Shown here one piece after another: positions 21,005-30,604 of a DNA stretch of 64,000 nucleotides. The stretch comes from Phormidium sp. Its GTDB lineage: Bacteria > Cyanobacteriota > Cyanobacteriia > Cyanobacteriales > Aerosakkonemataceae. The DNA lies in the NCBI GenBank assembly GCA_051013385.1, contig CP143273.1, forward strand, positions 672,001 through 736,000, written 5' to 3'. A program made the position numbers and the translations under genes. The notes under the pieces are model-generated. The model was not told the origin of the DNA and did not search any database. It saw only the letters and a list, made by a program, of their open reading frames with translations. The first letter of the stretch is position 1, and each line of letters starts with the position of its first letter.

Positions 21005-22360
21005 TTGACACTCATCACCGTTAATCCTGACGGATGTAACGGGAGATTCTTAAGAGATTTTCACTCTTAAAGGTTGTGCCAAACAACCTCTAGACAGTCC
21101 GAAATTACTTTCATTCTGCTTACTTAAATGTTTTCTCAAGATGTTAGCCGCACCATTAATATCAGCGTTAATCAACCAACCTTGCTTGGTGCGATACAAA
21201 CCTCTTTTGACTCGTTTACCGGAAAACTTCCGCGGCTCTGGATTGTCAGCGTTATAAACCGGAATCACATCATTGTTGAGAAAACTTGCTTGGGAAGTGT
21301 AACTTTCCTCTTGCTCAAAAAATTCAATTCCGTAACGACTACAGAGGCTTTCCAGCTTGAGTCTGAGTACGGATACAGGAACTTGTACAAAGTTCTGATT
21401 GTTGCGTTTTCCGAGATTAATTTCTTGTTTAATCCCTGGATTGTACCCCACAACAACTTTGTTAATTCCTTGCTCAATACAGTGATTAATAATGTATCGA
21501 GCCGATTTGTTGAGATTATCTCTAACCTTTTGGTTGCGTCTATCTGTCAACCTAGCTTGTTGCTCTGTAATTCCTTTAATGCCTTGCTTGTCTTTAATAG
21601 ACTGCAACTCGGAATTACGTTTGTTGTACCACTGATTAATAGACTTCAACCTTTTACCATCAATAATGAAGCTTCGCTCCTTTGTGGTAACGCAGCTTGC
21701 GAGGTTGCCAAGACCCAAGTCAATAGCCAATGTATGACTTGATTCGGTCTTATTAATTACCTCATCAGGTGTTTCATAAATGTAAGCAACATCAAAGAAT
21801 CTAGCTTTAAATTTGGGCAATATACGAATTTCTTTAATCCGCTTATCCCTCAACTTTGGAGGTATTTCAACGTAGAGCGAGCCGTGAGTGCGTTTAAATT
21901 CCCTAGATGTGGGAATCATAAACTTCCAATCTGGAAATTTCTGTCTAGCACGAATTGGAATAATCAAAGGGAAATACCCTTCTTTATCCAAGTACTGAGG
22001 AAGGTTGATTTTTGCGTCATATCTTCCTTGCTGCTTGGCTTGAATAAGTCCAAAGAAAGATTGAAAACTTCGGTCTACAACTTTTAATGTTTGTTGACCA
22101 ATATCTGTCGCCAACAATTTGTAATTTTCGTTGGTTTTGCAGATGTGATAAGCAGACTCATAACGCAAGTGCTTACGCTCTTGAAAGAAGTATTGACGCA
22201 CCGTGTAAAGTCCTACATTGTAGAGGTTTTTACTCAGTCGGCACAACTGTTTCAAGATACTTTGCTCTCGGTTATTCAGTTTAAGTCTGTTGGTTTGAGT
22301 CAACAACATAAACGTAATCCGCTATACCGCTATATATTATCTATTTTAGCGGATAGGCTC
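21005..22360 (-). mobile_element. tnpB-only IS200/IS605-family element (IS1341-like); left boundary approximate
   Basis: The minus-strand right end reads GAAT-ctcccgtta...taacgg hairpin...gagtgTCAA, ending at 21005. An imperfect atccgcta/tagcggat hairpin lies upstream of tnpB. No tnpA is present. Confidence 0.75.
21050..22309 (-). CDS. tnpB: RNA-guided endonuclease TnpB
   Basis: RuvC motifs AIDLG, EESYTS and NADING, plus KSINQWYNK and NNQNFVQ; 419 aa. Confidence 0.92.
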   Translation of the reverse strand: MLLTQTNRLKLNNREQSILKQLCRLSKNLYNVGLYTVRQYFFQERKHLRYESAYHICKTNENYKLLATDIGQQTLKVVDRSFQSFFGLIQAKQQGRYDAKINLPQYLDKEGYFPLIIPIRARQKFPDWKFMIPTSREFKRTHGSLYVEIPPKLRDKRIKEIRILPKFKARFFDVAYIYETPDEVINKTESSHTLAIDLGLGNLASCVTTKERSFIIDGKRLKSINQWYNKRNSELQSIKDKQGIKGITEQQARLTDRRNQKVRDNLNKSARYIINHCIEQGINKVVVGYNPGIKQEINLGKRNNQNFVQVPVSVLRLKLESLCSRYGIEFFEQEESYTSQASFLNNDVIPVYNADNPEPRKFSGKRVKRGLYRTKQGWLINADINGAANILRKHLSKQNESNFGLSRGCLAQPLRVKIS

Positions 22361-22398
22361 AAAACTATAGTACTCTGTAAGTAAAGCTTTTCTGGGAG

Positions 22399-24096
22399 TT
22401 GTTTTTGCACTCTTCTATTTCCAGTTCTTTAGCTAATAGATTCGATGTTTTAGTAGTTGGGGCGGGTGCTGCTGGTCTCTATACAGCACTTTGTTTGCCA
22501 GAATCTTTACAAGTGGGCTTAATTACTAAGGATAGCTTGCCTTTATCTGCTAGTGATTGGGCTCAGGGGGGTATTGCTGCGGTTATTGATCCGAGTGATT
22601 CCCCAGAGTTGCATATTGAAGATACGATGCACGCTGGGGCTGGTCTTTGTGAGTTGGCAGCGGTAAAGTTTTTGGTGGAACAAGCTCCCGTTTGTATTGA
22701 TTCTTTGGTACAAATGGGGGTGGGTTTCGATCGCAAAGGTGAACGTTTAGCTTTGACTTTAGAAGCTGCACATTCCCGTCCTCGCGTGCTTCATGCTGCT
22801 GATACTACTGGCAGGGCTGTTGTCAGCACTCTCACTGCTAAAGTTTTGGAACGTGCTAATATTCAAGTGCTTTCGCCAGCTTTTGTTTTGGATCTTTGGC
22901 TCTGTGAAGGGCATTGTCAAGGGGTAAGTTTAATTTACCAAGGTGAGTTACTCTGGGTAAGTGCTCAAGCTGTGGTGTTAGCAACTGGGGGTGGGGGACA
23001 GGTATTTTGCCAAACTACTAATCCGGCAGTGAGTACGGGTGATGGGGTAGCATTGGCTTATCGTGCAGGTGCGATCGTCCGAGATTTGGAATTCTGCCAA
23101 TTTCATCCTACAGCTTTAATGAAACCAGATGCGCCACATTTTTTAATTAGCGAAGCTGTCAGGGGTGAAGGTGCTCATTTAATCGATTCTCAAGGCTATC
23201 GTTTTGCTTTTGATTATCACCCAAAAGGTGAACTTGCTCCCAGAGATGTTGTCAGTCGAGCGATTTTTCACCATTTACAACATACAGGCGAAGCGCATGG
23301 TTGGCTAGATTTACGCCCGATTCCCAAAGAAAAAATTAGCTATCGATTTCCGAATATTATCCAAGTTTGTCAGCATTGGGGAATTGATGTATTCTCAGAA
23401 CCAATTCCTGTTTCTCCTGCTGCTCATTATTGGATGGGAGGAATTTTAGTTGATTTAATGAATCAAACTTCAATTCCGGGATTATATGCTGTGGGGGAAA
23501 CTGCTAGTACGGGAGTTCACGGCGCTAACCGTTTGGCGAGTAATTCTCTGTTAGAGTGTATCGTGTTTGGTGCTCAAATGAGTAATTTACAGATTGAGAG
23601 CACAGCAGGGGATAGGGGGACAAGGGGACAAGGGGACGCGGAGAGTTCCTCTTGCCCCTCTGCCCCTCTGCCCCTCTGCCCCTCTGCCCCTCTGCCTTCT
23701 TTAGTTGAGTTGATTCGAGAGGAGTTACCGCGTTTGATGTGGCGGTTTGCGGGGATTTCGCGACGAGGGGATGAGTTGTTAGGTGCGATCGATCAAGTAG
23801 AATTATGGCAAAAAGACTTTGCTGCTTTGGAGTTTAGTCAATACTTACAAAATTTACAACCGTCGCAGAATGTTTTGTTAAATTTCCCGGACATAGAAGC
23901 ACAAATTAAACTCTGGGGAGAGACACGAAATCTTTTAGATGTGGCATACTTAATCCTCAGAAGCGCTATTTTCCGCACCGAAAGTCGTGGCGGTCACTAT
24001 CGCTCTGATTTTCCCGAAACTTCCCCCCAATGGCAAGCTCACACATTGATTCAAAATAACCAATGGTGGCAATCTTCTGGGGTTAAAAGTTTGTAG
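22399..24096 (+). CDS. nadB: L-aspartate oxidase
   Basis: Motifs GAGAAG, WAQGGIA, EAAHS, QFHPT, LAPRDVV, HYWMGG, HGANRLASNSLLE and ESRGGH. Confidence 0.96.
   Translation: MFLHSSISSSLANRFDVLVVGAGAAGLYTALCLPESLQVGLITKDSLPLSASDWAQGGIAAVIDPSDSPELHIEDTMHAGAGLCELAAVKFLVEQAPVCIDSLVQMGVGFDRKGERLALTLEAAHSRPRVLHAADTTGRAVVSTLTAKVLERANIQVLSPAFVLDLWLCEGHCQGVSLIYQGELLWVSAQAVVLATGGGGQVFCQTTNPAVSTGDGVALAYRAGAIVRDLEFCQFHPTALMKPDAPHFLISEAVRGEGAHLIDSQGYRFAFDYHPKGELAPRDVVSRAIFHHLQHTGEAHGWLDLRPIPKEKISYRFPNIIQVCQHWGIDVFSEPIPVSPAAHYWMGGILVDLMNQTSIPGLYAVGETASTGVHGANRLASNSLLECIVFGAQMSNLQIESTAGDRGTRGQGDAESSSCPSAPLPLCPSAPLPSLVELIREELPRLMWRFAGISRRGDELLGAIDQVELWQKDFAALEFSQYLQNLQPSQNVLLNFPDIEAQIKLWGETRNLLDVAYLILRSAIFRTESRGGHYRSDFPETSPQWQAHTLIQNNQWWQSSGVKSL
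23607..23700 (+). repeat. STRR-like 8-mer tandem repeats inserted in-frame in nadB
   Basis: About three AGGGGACA units followed by five TGCCCCTC units (23653-23692). Confidence 0.85.
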
Positions 24097-24166
24097 TAAC
24101 GACTTTAGTCGTTTCATTGATGGATAGAAGGACTAAAGTCCTTACAACGAACCAAGTTTATTATGA

Positions 24167-25453
24167 GTGATTGATCTGAGTTGTATGAAAAAGGCTCTGA
24201 GTTTAATTACTCTTAATGTGGGATTATTGATGATTGCTTACGGATGGTTGCTTGCTTTTTGGCAGCAATCTGTCAATATTAATCCGGTATCATCAGATTT
24301 TTTAATTCCAGAACTTCCCGATCCGCAAATTTTGCTTAGAGATTTTCCTAAACCTCCCAAGAGTTTACCAGTTTTGTCGCCTGTGAAAACTCCTTTACCT
24401 AATTATATGGGAATAGATGAGCAAATTTGGGGGAAAAATCAGCAAGCTGGGGATCAAATTGCCCTGTTAAAATCGATCGACAATAGTTTACGTTATCTCA
24501 CTTCTGCCCAAGCAATTACTGATTACCGAAAGTATACTATTGCGGGAATTACTCGCGATCGCGTAATTCGCAGTTTAACCAGATTTCGCCAATTAGTCAG
24601 AACTTCTGGTGACGCTGCACAACTTTGGGCGGCAGTACAAAAAGAGTTTGTCTTTTACCAGTCTATCGGTAGAGATGGGTTGGGAAATGTATTGTTTACT
24701 GCTTATTATGAACCTCTTTATGATGCTAGTCGCACTCCTACGTCGGAATATCGCTATCCTCTCTATCGTTCGCCACCTAATTTAAAATCTTGGTCTAAAC
24801 CTCATCCTACTAGAGAACAGTTGGAAGGAAAAGATGGTTTGCAAGGAAGCAAGGGTAAGTTAAAGGGATTAGAATTGTTTTGGTTGCGCGATCGCTTAGA
24901 AGCTTACTTAATTCACATTCAAGGTTCAGCGAAATTGCGGTTAACCGATGGTACGATTACCACTGTAGGTTACGCAGGGAATACGGCTTATAACTATAGT
25001 AGTATTGGTAAGGCTTTGGCAGATGATGGGAAGTTAGCGTTAAAAAATCTGACTCTGCCTGTGATTTGGCAATATTTTCACCAAAATCCTCAACAATTAG
25101 ATAATTATTTACCACGCGATCGCAGTTTTGTATTTTTTCAGGAAAACTATGGTCGTCCGGCGACGGGTAGCATTAGCGTACCATTAACCGCAGATAGATC
25201 GATCGCCACTGACAAATCAATTATGCCCCCCGGCGCTTTAGCTTTAATCCACGCACCTCTTCCCTACGCCGATGCTAATCAAAAAATCCAATTTAACACT
25301 GTGTCGCGCTACGTACTCGATCAAGATACAGGGGGAGCAATTAAAGGTGCTGGCAGGGTAGACTATTTCCTGGGAACTGGAAAAGTAGCTCAACAAAGGG
25401 CGGGAATGACTGTGAGTAATGGATATCTTTACTATTTGTTACTTAAACAGTAA
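24167..25453 (+). CDS. mltA: Lytic murein transglycosylase MltA
   Basis: Motifs FTAYYEP, IHIQGS, SFVFF, RSIATD and DQDTGGAIKG.GRVD (3D domain). Confidence 0.92.
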   Translation: MIDLSCMKKALSLITLNVGLLMIAYGWLLAFWQQSVNINPVSSDFLIPELPDPQILLRDFPKPPKSLPVLSPVKTPLPNYMGIDEQIWGKNQQAGDQIALLKSIDNSLRYLTSAQAITDYRKYTIAGITRDRVIRSLTRFRQLVRTSGDAAQLWAAVQKEFVFYQSIGRDGLGNVLFTAYYEPLYDASRTPTSEYRYPLYRSPPNLKSWSKPHPTREQLEGKDGLQGSKGKLKGLELFWLRDRLEAYLIHIQGSAKLRLTDGTITTVGYAGNTAYNYSSIGKALADDGKLALKNLTLPVIWQYFHQNPQQLDNYLPRDRSFVFFQENYGRPATGSISVPLTADRSIATDKSIMPPGALALIHAPLPYADANQKIQFNTVSRYVLDQDTGGAIKGAGRVDYFLGTGKVAQQRAGMTVSNGYLYYLLLKQ

Positions 25454-25494
25454 ACAAGATTTTGGTAGGTGCGATCGCAAATAAATCCCAAAAT

Positions 25495-25710
25495 TTACCT
25501 AGTTCCAGAACCTTGATTTGCGCTTTCTGGCTCACCATTGTTTGGTGGACTGTAATTATTATACAGATGTAATACTTGGTTAGACGTAGCCTCAGAGGAA
25601 AAATTTCTCAGGTGATTGTCGATCGCAGTAGCACTCGATCTCTCAGGAGTAACTAATTGTAATCCCGCAATCAGTGTTCCTAAACCTACTAACCTCAAAA
25701 AGGTACTCAT
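25495..25710 (-). CDS. Small putative secreted peptide ending PP..G.P....GSGTR
   Basis: 71 aa with a signal-peptide-like N-terminus, downstream of a CHASE2 gene. Confidence 0.6.
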   Translation of the reverse strand: MSTFLRLVGLGTLIAGLQLVTPERSSATAIDNHLRNFSSEATSNQVLHLYNNYSPPNNGEPESANQGSGTR

Positions 25711-25953
25711 AGTGCGTCAAACCTTGTCTGCTCAATTTCTAGTATATATGCTTAACCAAGAAAAATCGGTAATTACCCGGAAAATTATGATTGATAAATA
25801 AATAAAACTGATTTTTCCCAGTTCAGTAAGCTTCGGGCTGGTCTTGCTGTACTTTCTATTTCAGCAGAAAATTTCCCCTTAGTAAATATACTTAAGATAG
25901 ATTTTCGATATTTGTCAGTAATATTACAGATTTACAACAAATATTAAAGAAAC

Positions 25954-28176
25954 TTAAAAAAAGGTGTAGTTATTTTTTCCTAATTCCTTAGCTGAGTACA
26001 TAGCAGCATCAGCGTTTTTAATCAAAGTTTCTATATCCTCACCATTTAGGGGATAGACGCTAATCCCGATGCTAGTGGAGATGTAAATTTTGTGACCTTG
26101 CAAAACAAAAGGTTGATTAATCGTTGTGAGAATTTTGTCAGCGACTCTAGCAATATCATTTAAAGAGGGAATCCCAGGTAGAATAACTGTAAACTCGTCG
26201 CCGCCTAAACGCGAAACAGTATCACTGCTGCGTAAGCAACGTTTGAGTCGTTCAGCTACAGTTTGCAAGAGTAGATCTCCGATATCATGTCCTTTGGTAT
26301 CGTTAATTAGTTTAAAGCCATCCAAATCTAAGAATAGCAAAGCTACTAAGTGATGATTTTGACTTGCCCATTCGATTGACTGACTCAAGCGTTCGTAAAA
26401 AAGTTTCCGATTAGGTAAGCCAGTCAGGGTATCGTGGTAAGCTAAGTAGCGCAAACGGTCTTCAGAAACTTTTAACTCTGTATTGTAACGAGCTAACTCG
26501 TCGGCGGTACGTTTGAGGTGTTCTTCTAATTGCTTACGTTCAGTAATGTCACGAATTATGCCTACTAAAAAGATGTTACCTGCGGGATCTTTATGCAGCG
26601 ATCTTTTAGTAGCAATATGATGAGTAATGCCTTGAGAGTTAGTGAATTGTTCTTCGTTTTCTGTTGCGTCACCGCTTTGAAATACCAATTCATCTTGCTG
26701 CCAAAAGTTATGGGCTTCATGGTTAGGAAAAAAATCAAAATCTGATTTTTCTAGGAGAATTTCTAAGGGATAACCAATAAATTTAGAGTAGGCTTGGTTT
26801 AAGACAATCCAGCGATGTTCTTTGTCTTTAACAAAAATTGGATCGGGAATAGCATCAATGAGATTTTGTAAGAATTCTTTGGAACGTTTTAATTCTTCTT
26901 TTAAGTGAGCGATCAAGGCTGTAATGATGATAGACGAGCCTAAAAGTCCTAACATGGGCGGGAAAAAGGGCAACCACAAACCTACTAAAAATGCCAAATA
27001 GCTAATAATAAATAGGGCAAATGTGGCGAAAAATATCAGAATTAGGGAAAGTTTTACAGAGGACGATCGCCAAATAACAATTCCCCCCAACCAACTCCAA
27101 AGAAAAATCCATAATGATTCTAAGGATTCCGGCAAGACTTGAAATAAAACTGTTTTTCCTTGAGAGGCATTGAGAATTTGGCTAAGAAAATTTGCTTGCA
27201 ATTCTACGCCGGAAATTGGTTTTGCGCCGCTAATAAAAAGACCAGTGCTGTAAGGGATGAAGAAAAAATCTTTCAGGGATTCAGCCGTTGAGCCAATTAA
27301 GACGATGCGATCGCGCACCCACTCGGCAGGTACATCCCCAGATAACATTTGTGCCATAGAAACGGTGCGAAAGCTACCTGCTGGCCCTTGGAAATTAGCT
27401 AAAATTTGGTAGCCACCAGCATCAGCCCTCACGTAACCACCGTCATAGGGTTGAAAGCGATCGAATCTAGCTTTACCTAGCTGTAAATAACCACTATGGT
27501 CTTTAGCAGACTGCGGTTTAATACCTTCTGCTTGAAGATACCTAAAAGCCAACTTAAGAGCAAAACTAGTCCGAGGTTTATTGTTGATATGCCAATACAA
27601 TAAATTGCGACGTACCTTGCCATCAGGATCGATAACTACATTGTTGAAACCTACTCGCTCTTCCTGTTTCAAAACTGGCGATGCTGCTACTCCCGGACTA
27701 TTTTTGCTGCTTAGTTGCTCAATGCCAACTAAGTTAGTTGTTGTCTGTGCCGCCTTTAACCACTCTGTATGACCGGGCTGAACAGGTAGATCTCTGTAGA
27801 TATCTAAACCAATAGCACGGGGTTGCAGAGAACTGATTTTTTTGATTAACTGTGCCATATTGCGATCGGGAATCGGCCAACGACCAAGGCGCTGGATGTC
27901 TCCCTCTTCAATACCCACAATTAAGATTCGTTCATCAACTAATTGGGGTGGACGTAACCGAAAAAACTGATCGAAAGCTTCCCATTCCCCAAACTGCAAC
28001 AATCCCATCAGTCGCAGGGAAATTAAACCAGCCGCAACAATGCTTACGCTAATCCATACCCTTCGATCTTTCAAAAGCCGTTGCTTGACTTTTCTCCCCA
28101 GCCTTTTGCCGCTAATGGTTAACTGTTTAATCATCAAAAATCCTTGGGGCTGAAACCTATCTTTAATTATTGACAC
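25954..28176 (-). CDS. CHASE2-PAS-GGDEF diguanylate cyclase
   Basis: CHASE2 motifs (WPIPD, IGLDIYRD, DPDGKVRR, VLIG, GVELQA), three TM helices, PAS, DLDGFK and an intact GGDEF. Confidence 0.93.
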   Translation of the reverse strand: MSIIKDRFQPQGFLMIKQLTISGKRLGRKVKQRLLKDRRVWISVSIVAAGLISLRLMGLLQFGEWEAFDQFFRLRPPQLVDERILIVGIEEGDIQRLGRWPIPDRNMAQLIKKISSLQPRAIGLDIYRDLPVQPGHTEWLKAAQTTTNLVGIEQLSSKNSPGVAASPVLKQEERVGFNNVVIDPDGKVRRNLLYWHINNKPRTSFALKLAFRYLQAEGIKPQSAKDHSGYLQLGKARFDRFQPYDGGYVRADAGGYQILANFQGPAGSFRTVSMAQMLSGDVPAEWVRDRIVLIGSTAESLKDFFFIPYSTGLFISGAKPISGVELQANFLSQILNASQGKTVLFQVLPESLESLWIFLWSWLGGIVIWRSSSVKLSLILIFFATFALFIISYLAFLVGLWLPFFPPMLGLLGSSIIITALIAHLKEELKRSKEFLQNLIDAIPDPIFVKDKEHRWIVLNQAYSKFIGYPLEILLEKSDFDFFPNHEAHNFWQQDELVFQSGDATENEEQFTNSQGITHHIATKRSLHKDPAGNIFLVGIIRDITERKQLEEHLKRTADELARYNTELKVSEDRLRYLAYHDTLTGLPNRKLFYERLSQSIEWASQNHHLVALLFLDLDGFKLINDTKGHDIGDLLLQTVAERLKRCLRSSDTVSRLGGDEFTVILPGIPSLNDIARVADKILTTINQPFVLQGHKIYISTSIGISVYPLNGEDIETLIKNADAAMYSAKELGKNNYTFF

Positions 28177-28292
28177 TCTCCCGCTACACCGTTAGGTTAA
28201 TGGTCTTATTTTGTAGGAGTGACCCTAAAATAACACTCTGGTAGCGGTTAGCAACCAGAGTGTTATTTTAGAGAAAATAGGTTTTCTCAGAT

Positions 28293-29243
28293 TTACCGCC
28301 CTGGAAGTGTATTTTTGAAGTTACGAGGGCCTTTGTAATCTGTTAAATCAGCGAGTTTTTCTAAGGACTGTGTACCTTCGTACAACTGCCCTTTAATTTC
28401 CCAAGTTGGATAACCTTTAATCTTGGCTTTTTGACAGAGTTGTGGTCGAGGATTTACACCTTTAGGGTCACATTCAACGTAATCTAGTTCAACAGAAGCT
28501 TCTTTACCAAATAATTCTTTTTGATCGTGACAGTGGGGACACCAGTAAGCACCGTATTCTTTTGCCCCTGCTTGTGTCAAATGGCGTGCTAGAGCGATTT
28601 CTGCTGGGCCGGAGGTGTTTTGAATTGGCTTACCAGCTTCTCCAACGACGGTAGTATTACCAGCGGTGGTGGTGGGTGTTCTGGCGCTGGCATAAACGCC
28701 AAGTGTGCCAATTAAGGCGATCATGCCGACTACAATACCAGTAAAGAATAGCTGCCCGACATCTTCCCAGGTATGACCGAATAAGGTAATTACGAATAGG
28801 GCGATCGAAAATACGGTTGAGAACAGACAATAAATACACAATTTTCCGATCGCAAAGACCATTAAATAAAGCAGATAACCGCTGAAGAACAACATGGCGG
28901 TTGCACCTGCAAACAACGCCAACCAAGTTATTTGTTCCATTTTGGAACGCAGGGCTTTTTGTTCTTGGGGGTTAATTAATAATGGCCCTAATGCTAAAGC
29001 TGCCATACCTGCGTAGGCGAAGAAACCAAAGACTGATAAAGGTATGCCAAAAATTTTGGCATAGTTACTACTTAATACAGCGTTACAGTCAATGATGCTA
29101 GTGGTAGGACAAAGAGCTTCTTTGAGTACTCCCCACTCGACTAAGGTGAGGTAAATGGTGTCGAGAATTCCAAAAAGGGCGATCGCGGCAATCAAAATCC
29201 GCGACCAGCGATGAAGCCAAGGAGTAGAACGTCGGCGAATCAT
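28293..29243 (-). CDS. VKOR-thioredoxin fusion thiol oxidase (DsbAB/LTO1-like)
   Basis: VKOR motifs C..C..VL.S and CIYC; C-terminal YGAYWCPHC and GYPTW. Confidence 0.93.
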   Translation of the reverse strand: MIRRRSTPWLHRWSRILIAAIALFGILDTIYLTLVEWGVLKEALCPTTSIIDCNAVLSSNYAKIFGIPLSVFGFFAYAGMAALALGPLLINPQEQKALRSKMEQITWLALFAGATAMLFFSGYLLYLMVFAIGKLCIYCLFSTVFSIALFVITLFGHTWEDVGQLFFTGIVVGMIALIGTLGVYASARTPTTTAGNTTVVGEAGKPIQNTSGPAEIALARHLTQAGAKEYGAYWCPHCHDQKELFGKEASVELDYVECDPKGVNPRPQLCQKAKIKGYPTWEIKGQLYEGTQSLEKLADLTDYKGPRNFKNTLPGR

Positions 29244-29357
29244 AAAATTTACAGCCTTGCTATCTCATACAATCTGACTATAGTTTGCCAATTAATTCCC
29301 ATTGTGAACTATAGACCTCAATTCAACATTCTCTAGTCTTGTTAACTGATGATTAGA

Positions 29358-30206
29358 CTAAGAATGCAATTTTATTGACGACATTGGGTGGGGTTGAAGT
29401 TTCCCAGATATGCTGTGTCGCATGGCTTCTACAAATTGACTTACCCGAATTGGATCGACTGCTTGTTCGCGTTTGCCGTGACGTTTTAGGGAACTGGAGA
29501 CAATTACACCATCTGCTGCTTGCATTAAGGTAGAAATATTTTCCCAACTCGCGCCACTACCGATAAATACGGGTGTGTCGCTGGCTGCGGCTTTGGCTAA
29601 CTCTAGGTCTTCTAAACTGGGAGGACTACCTGTGGCCCAACCAGATAAAATTACTGCGTCAGCTAAACCTCGTTCGATCGTATCTTGTACTGCTGTAGTG
29701 AGATTAGGCGAACCTAAAGGTCTGGCGTGTTTAACTAATACATCTGCCAAAATTTTGATATCGCTGCCTAATTCTCGGCGATATCTTAGTAGTTGATGCG
29801 CTTGTCCTTCGATTAATCCTTGATCGGTAGCCATTACGCCTGTGAGGACGTTGACGCGGATAAACTGAGCTTTGACACAACTGGCGATCGCCAGAGCACT
29901 ATGAGCATCATTCCGCAATACGTTGATTCCCACTGGTAATGTCACCAAGTTCATCACTCGATCCACAACTAAGGTCATGGCGCTGACTACCGCTGGATCT
30001 ACTTGGCTGTTGGTGAAAGGCGCATCGAAGAAATTTTCCACCATAATCCCATCGACACCGCCAGATGCCAAGGCTGTGGCTTCTTGTTCGGCGCGATCGA
30101 TCACTGCTTTTAAATTGCCTCCCCAGCGGGGGGAAGTGGGTAGCGGCAATAGATGAACTACTCCAATAATCGGATTTGGTGTCCTAAAAATTTGCTTCAA
30201 GTCCAC
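29358..30206 (-). CDS. btpA: Photosystem I biogenesis protein BtpA
   Basis: Motifs IGVVHLLPLP, ENFFDAPF, GINVLRND and ADVLVKH; likely GTG start at 30206. Confidence 0.92.
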   Translation of the reverse strand: MDLKQIFRTPNPIIGVVHLLPLPTSPRWGGNLKAVIDRAEQEATALASGGVDGIMVENFFDAPFTNSQVDPAVVSAMTLVVDRVMNLVTLPVGINVLRNDAHSALAIASCVKAQFIRVNVLTGVMATDQGLIEGQAHQLLRYRRELGSDIKILADVLVKHARPLGSPNLTTAVQDTIERGLADAVILSGWATGSPPSLEDLELAKAAASDTPVFIGSGASWENISTLMQAADGVIVSSSLKRHGKREQAVDPIRVSQFVEAMRHSISGKLQPHPMSSIKLHS

Positions 30207-30344
30207 GTTATTTTTGCTTTTTTCGGACTCGTCAATGCGTCCTGGTAGTTGGTCACTAGTCAATAAATTTTATCTGACTACTGACTCTTGATTTATCTAA
30301 CCTATTTTATCAGGCTTGTGGTATCTCTATCTCTAGTGTCGCTT

Positions 30345-30604
30345 CCTGACTCCCGTTACAGTCGCCAGACTTAACGGCGATATGACAGAATACATTCTTG
30401 TCCTGAGTGTGGGTACACAACAAATCGTGATGTTGCTGCTTCGCAAGTAATTAGAAATCGTGGTATAAATGCCGCCTTTGCAGACGGTGGATTGAAAATG
30501 CTTGTTGACTCGTTCTGACGGGGATTAGCGTCAGCTAGTCTAGTTAAGTGGGGATGAAACCAGAATCTCCCGTTAATCCTACGGATTAACGGCGAGAGTG
30601 TCAA
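30345..30604 (+). mobile_element. Internally deleted, non-autonomous IS200/IS605 element (tnpB 3' fragment plus right end); left boundary approximate
   Basis: Left hairpin ctcccgtta...ttaacggcga, then DRIHSCPECGYTTNRDVAASQVIRNRG (TnpB Zn ribbon/RuvC III), then a right end GAAT-ctcccgtta...ttaacggcga-gagtgTCAA. Confidence 0.8.
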
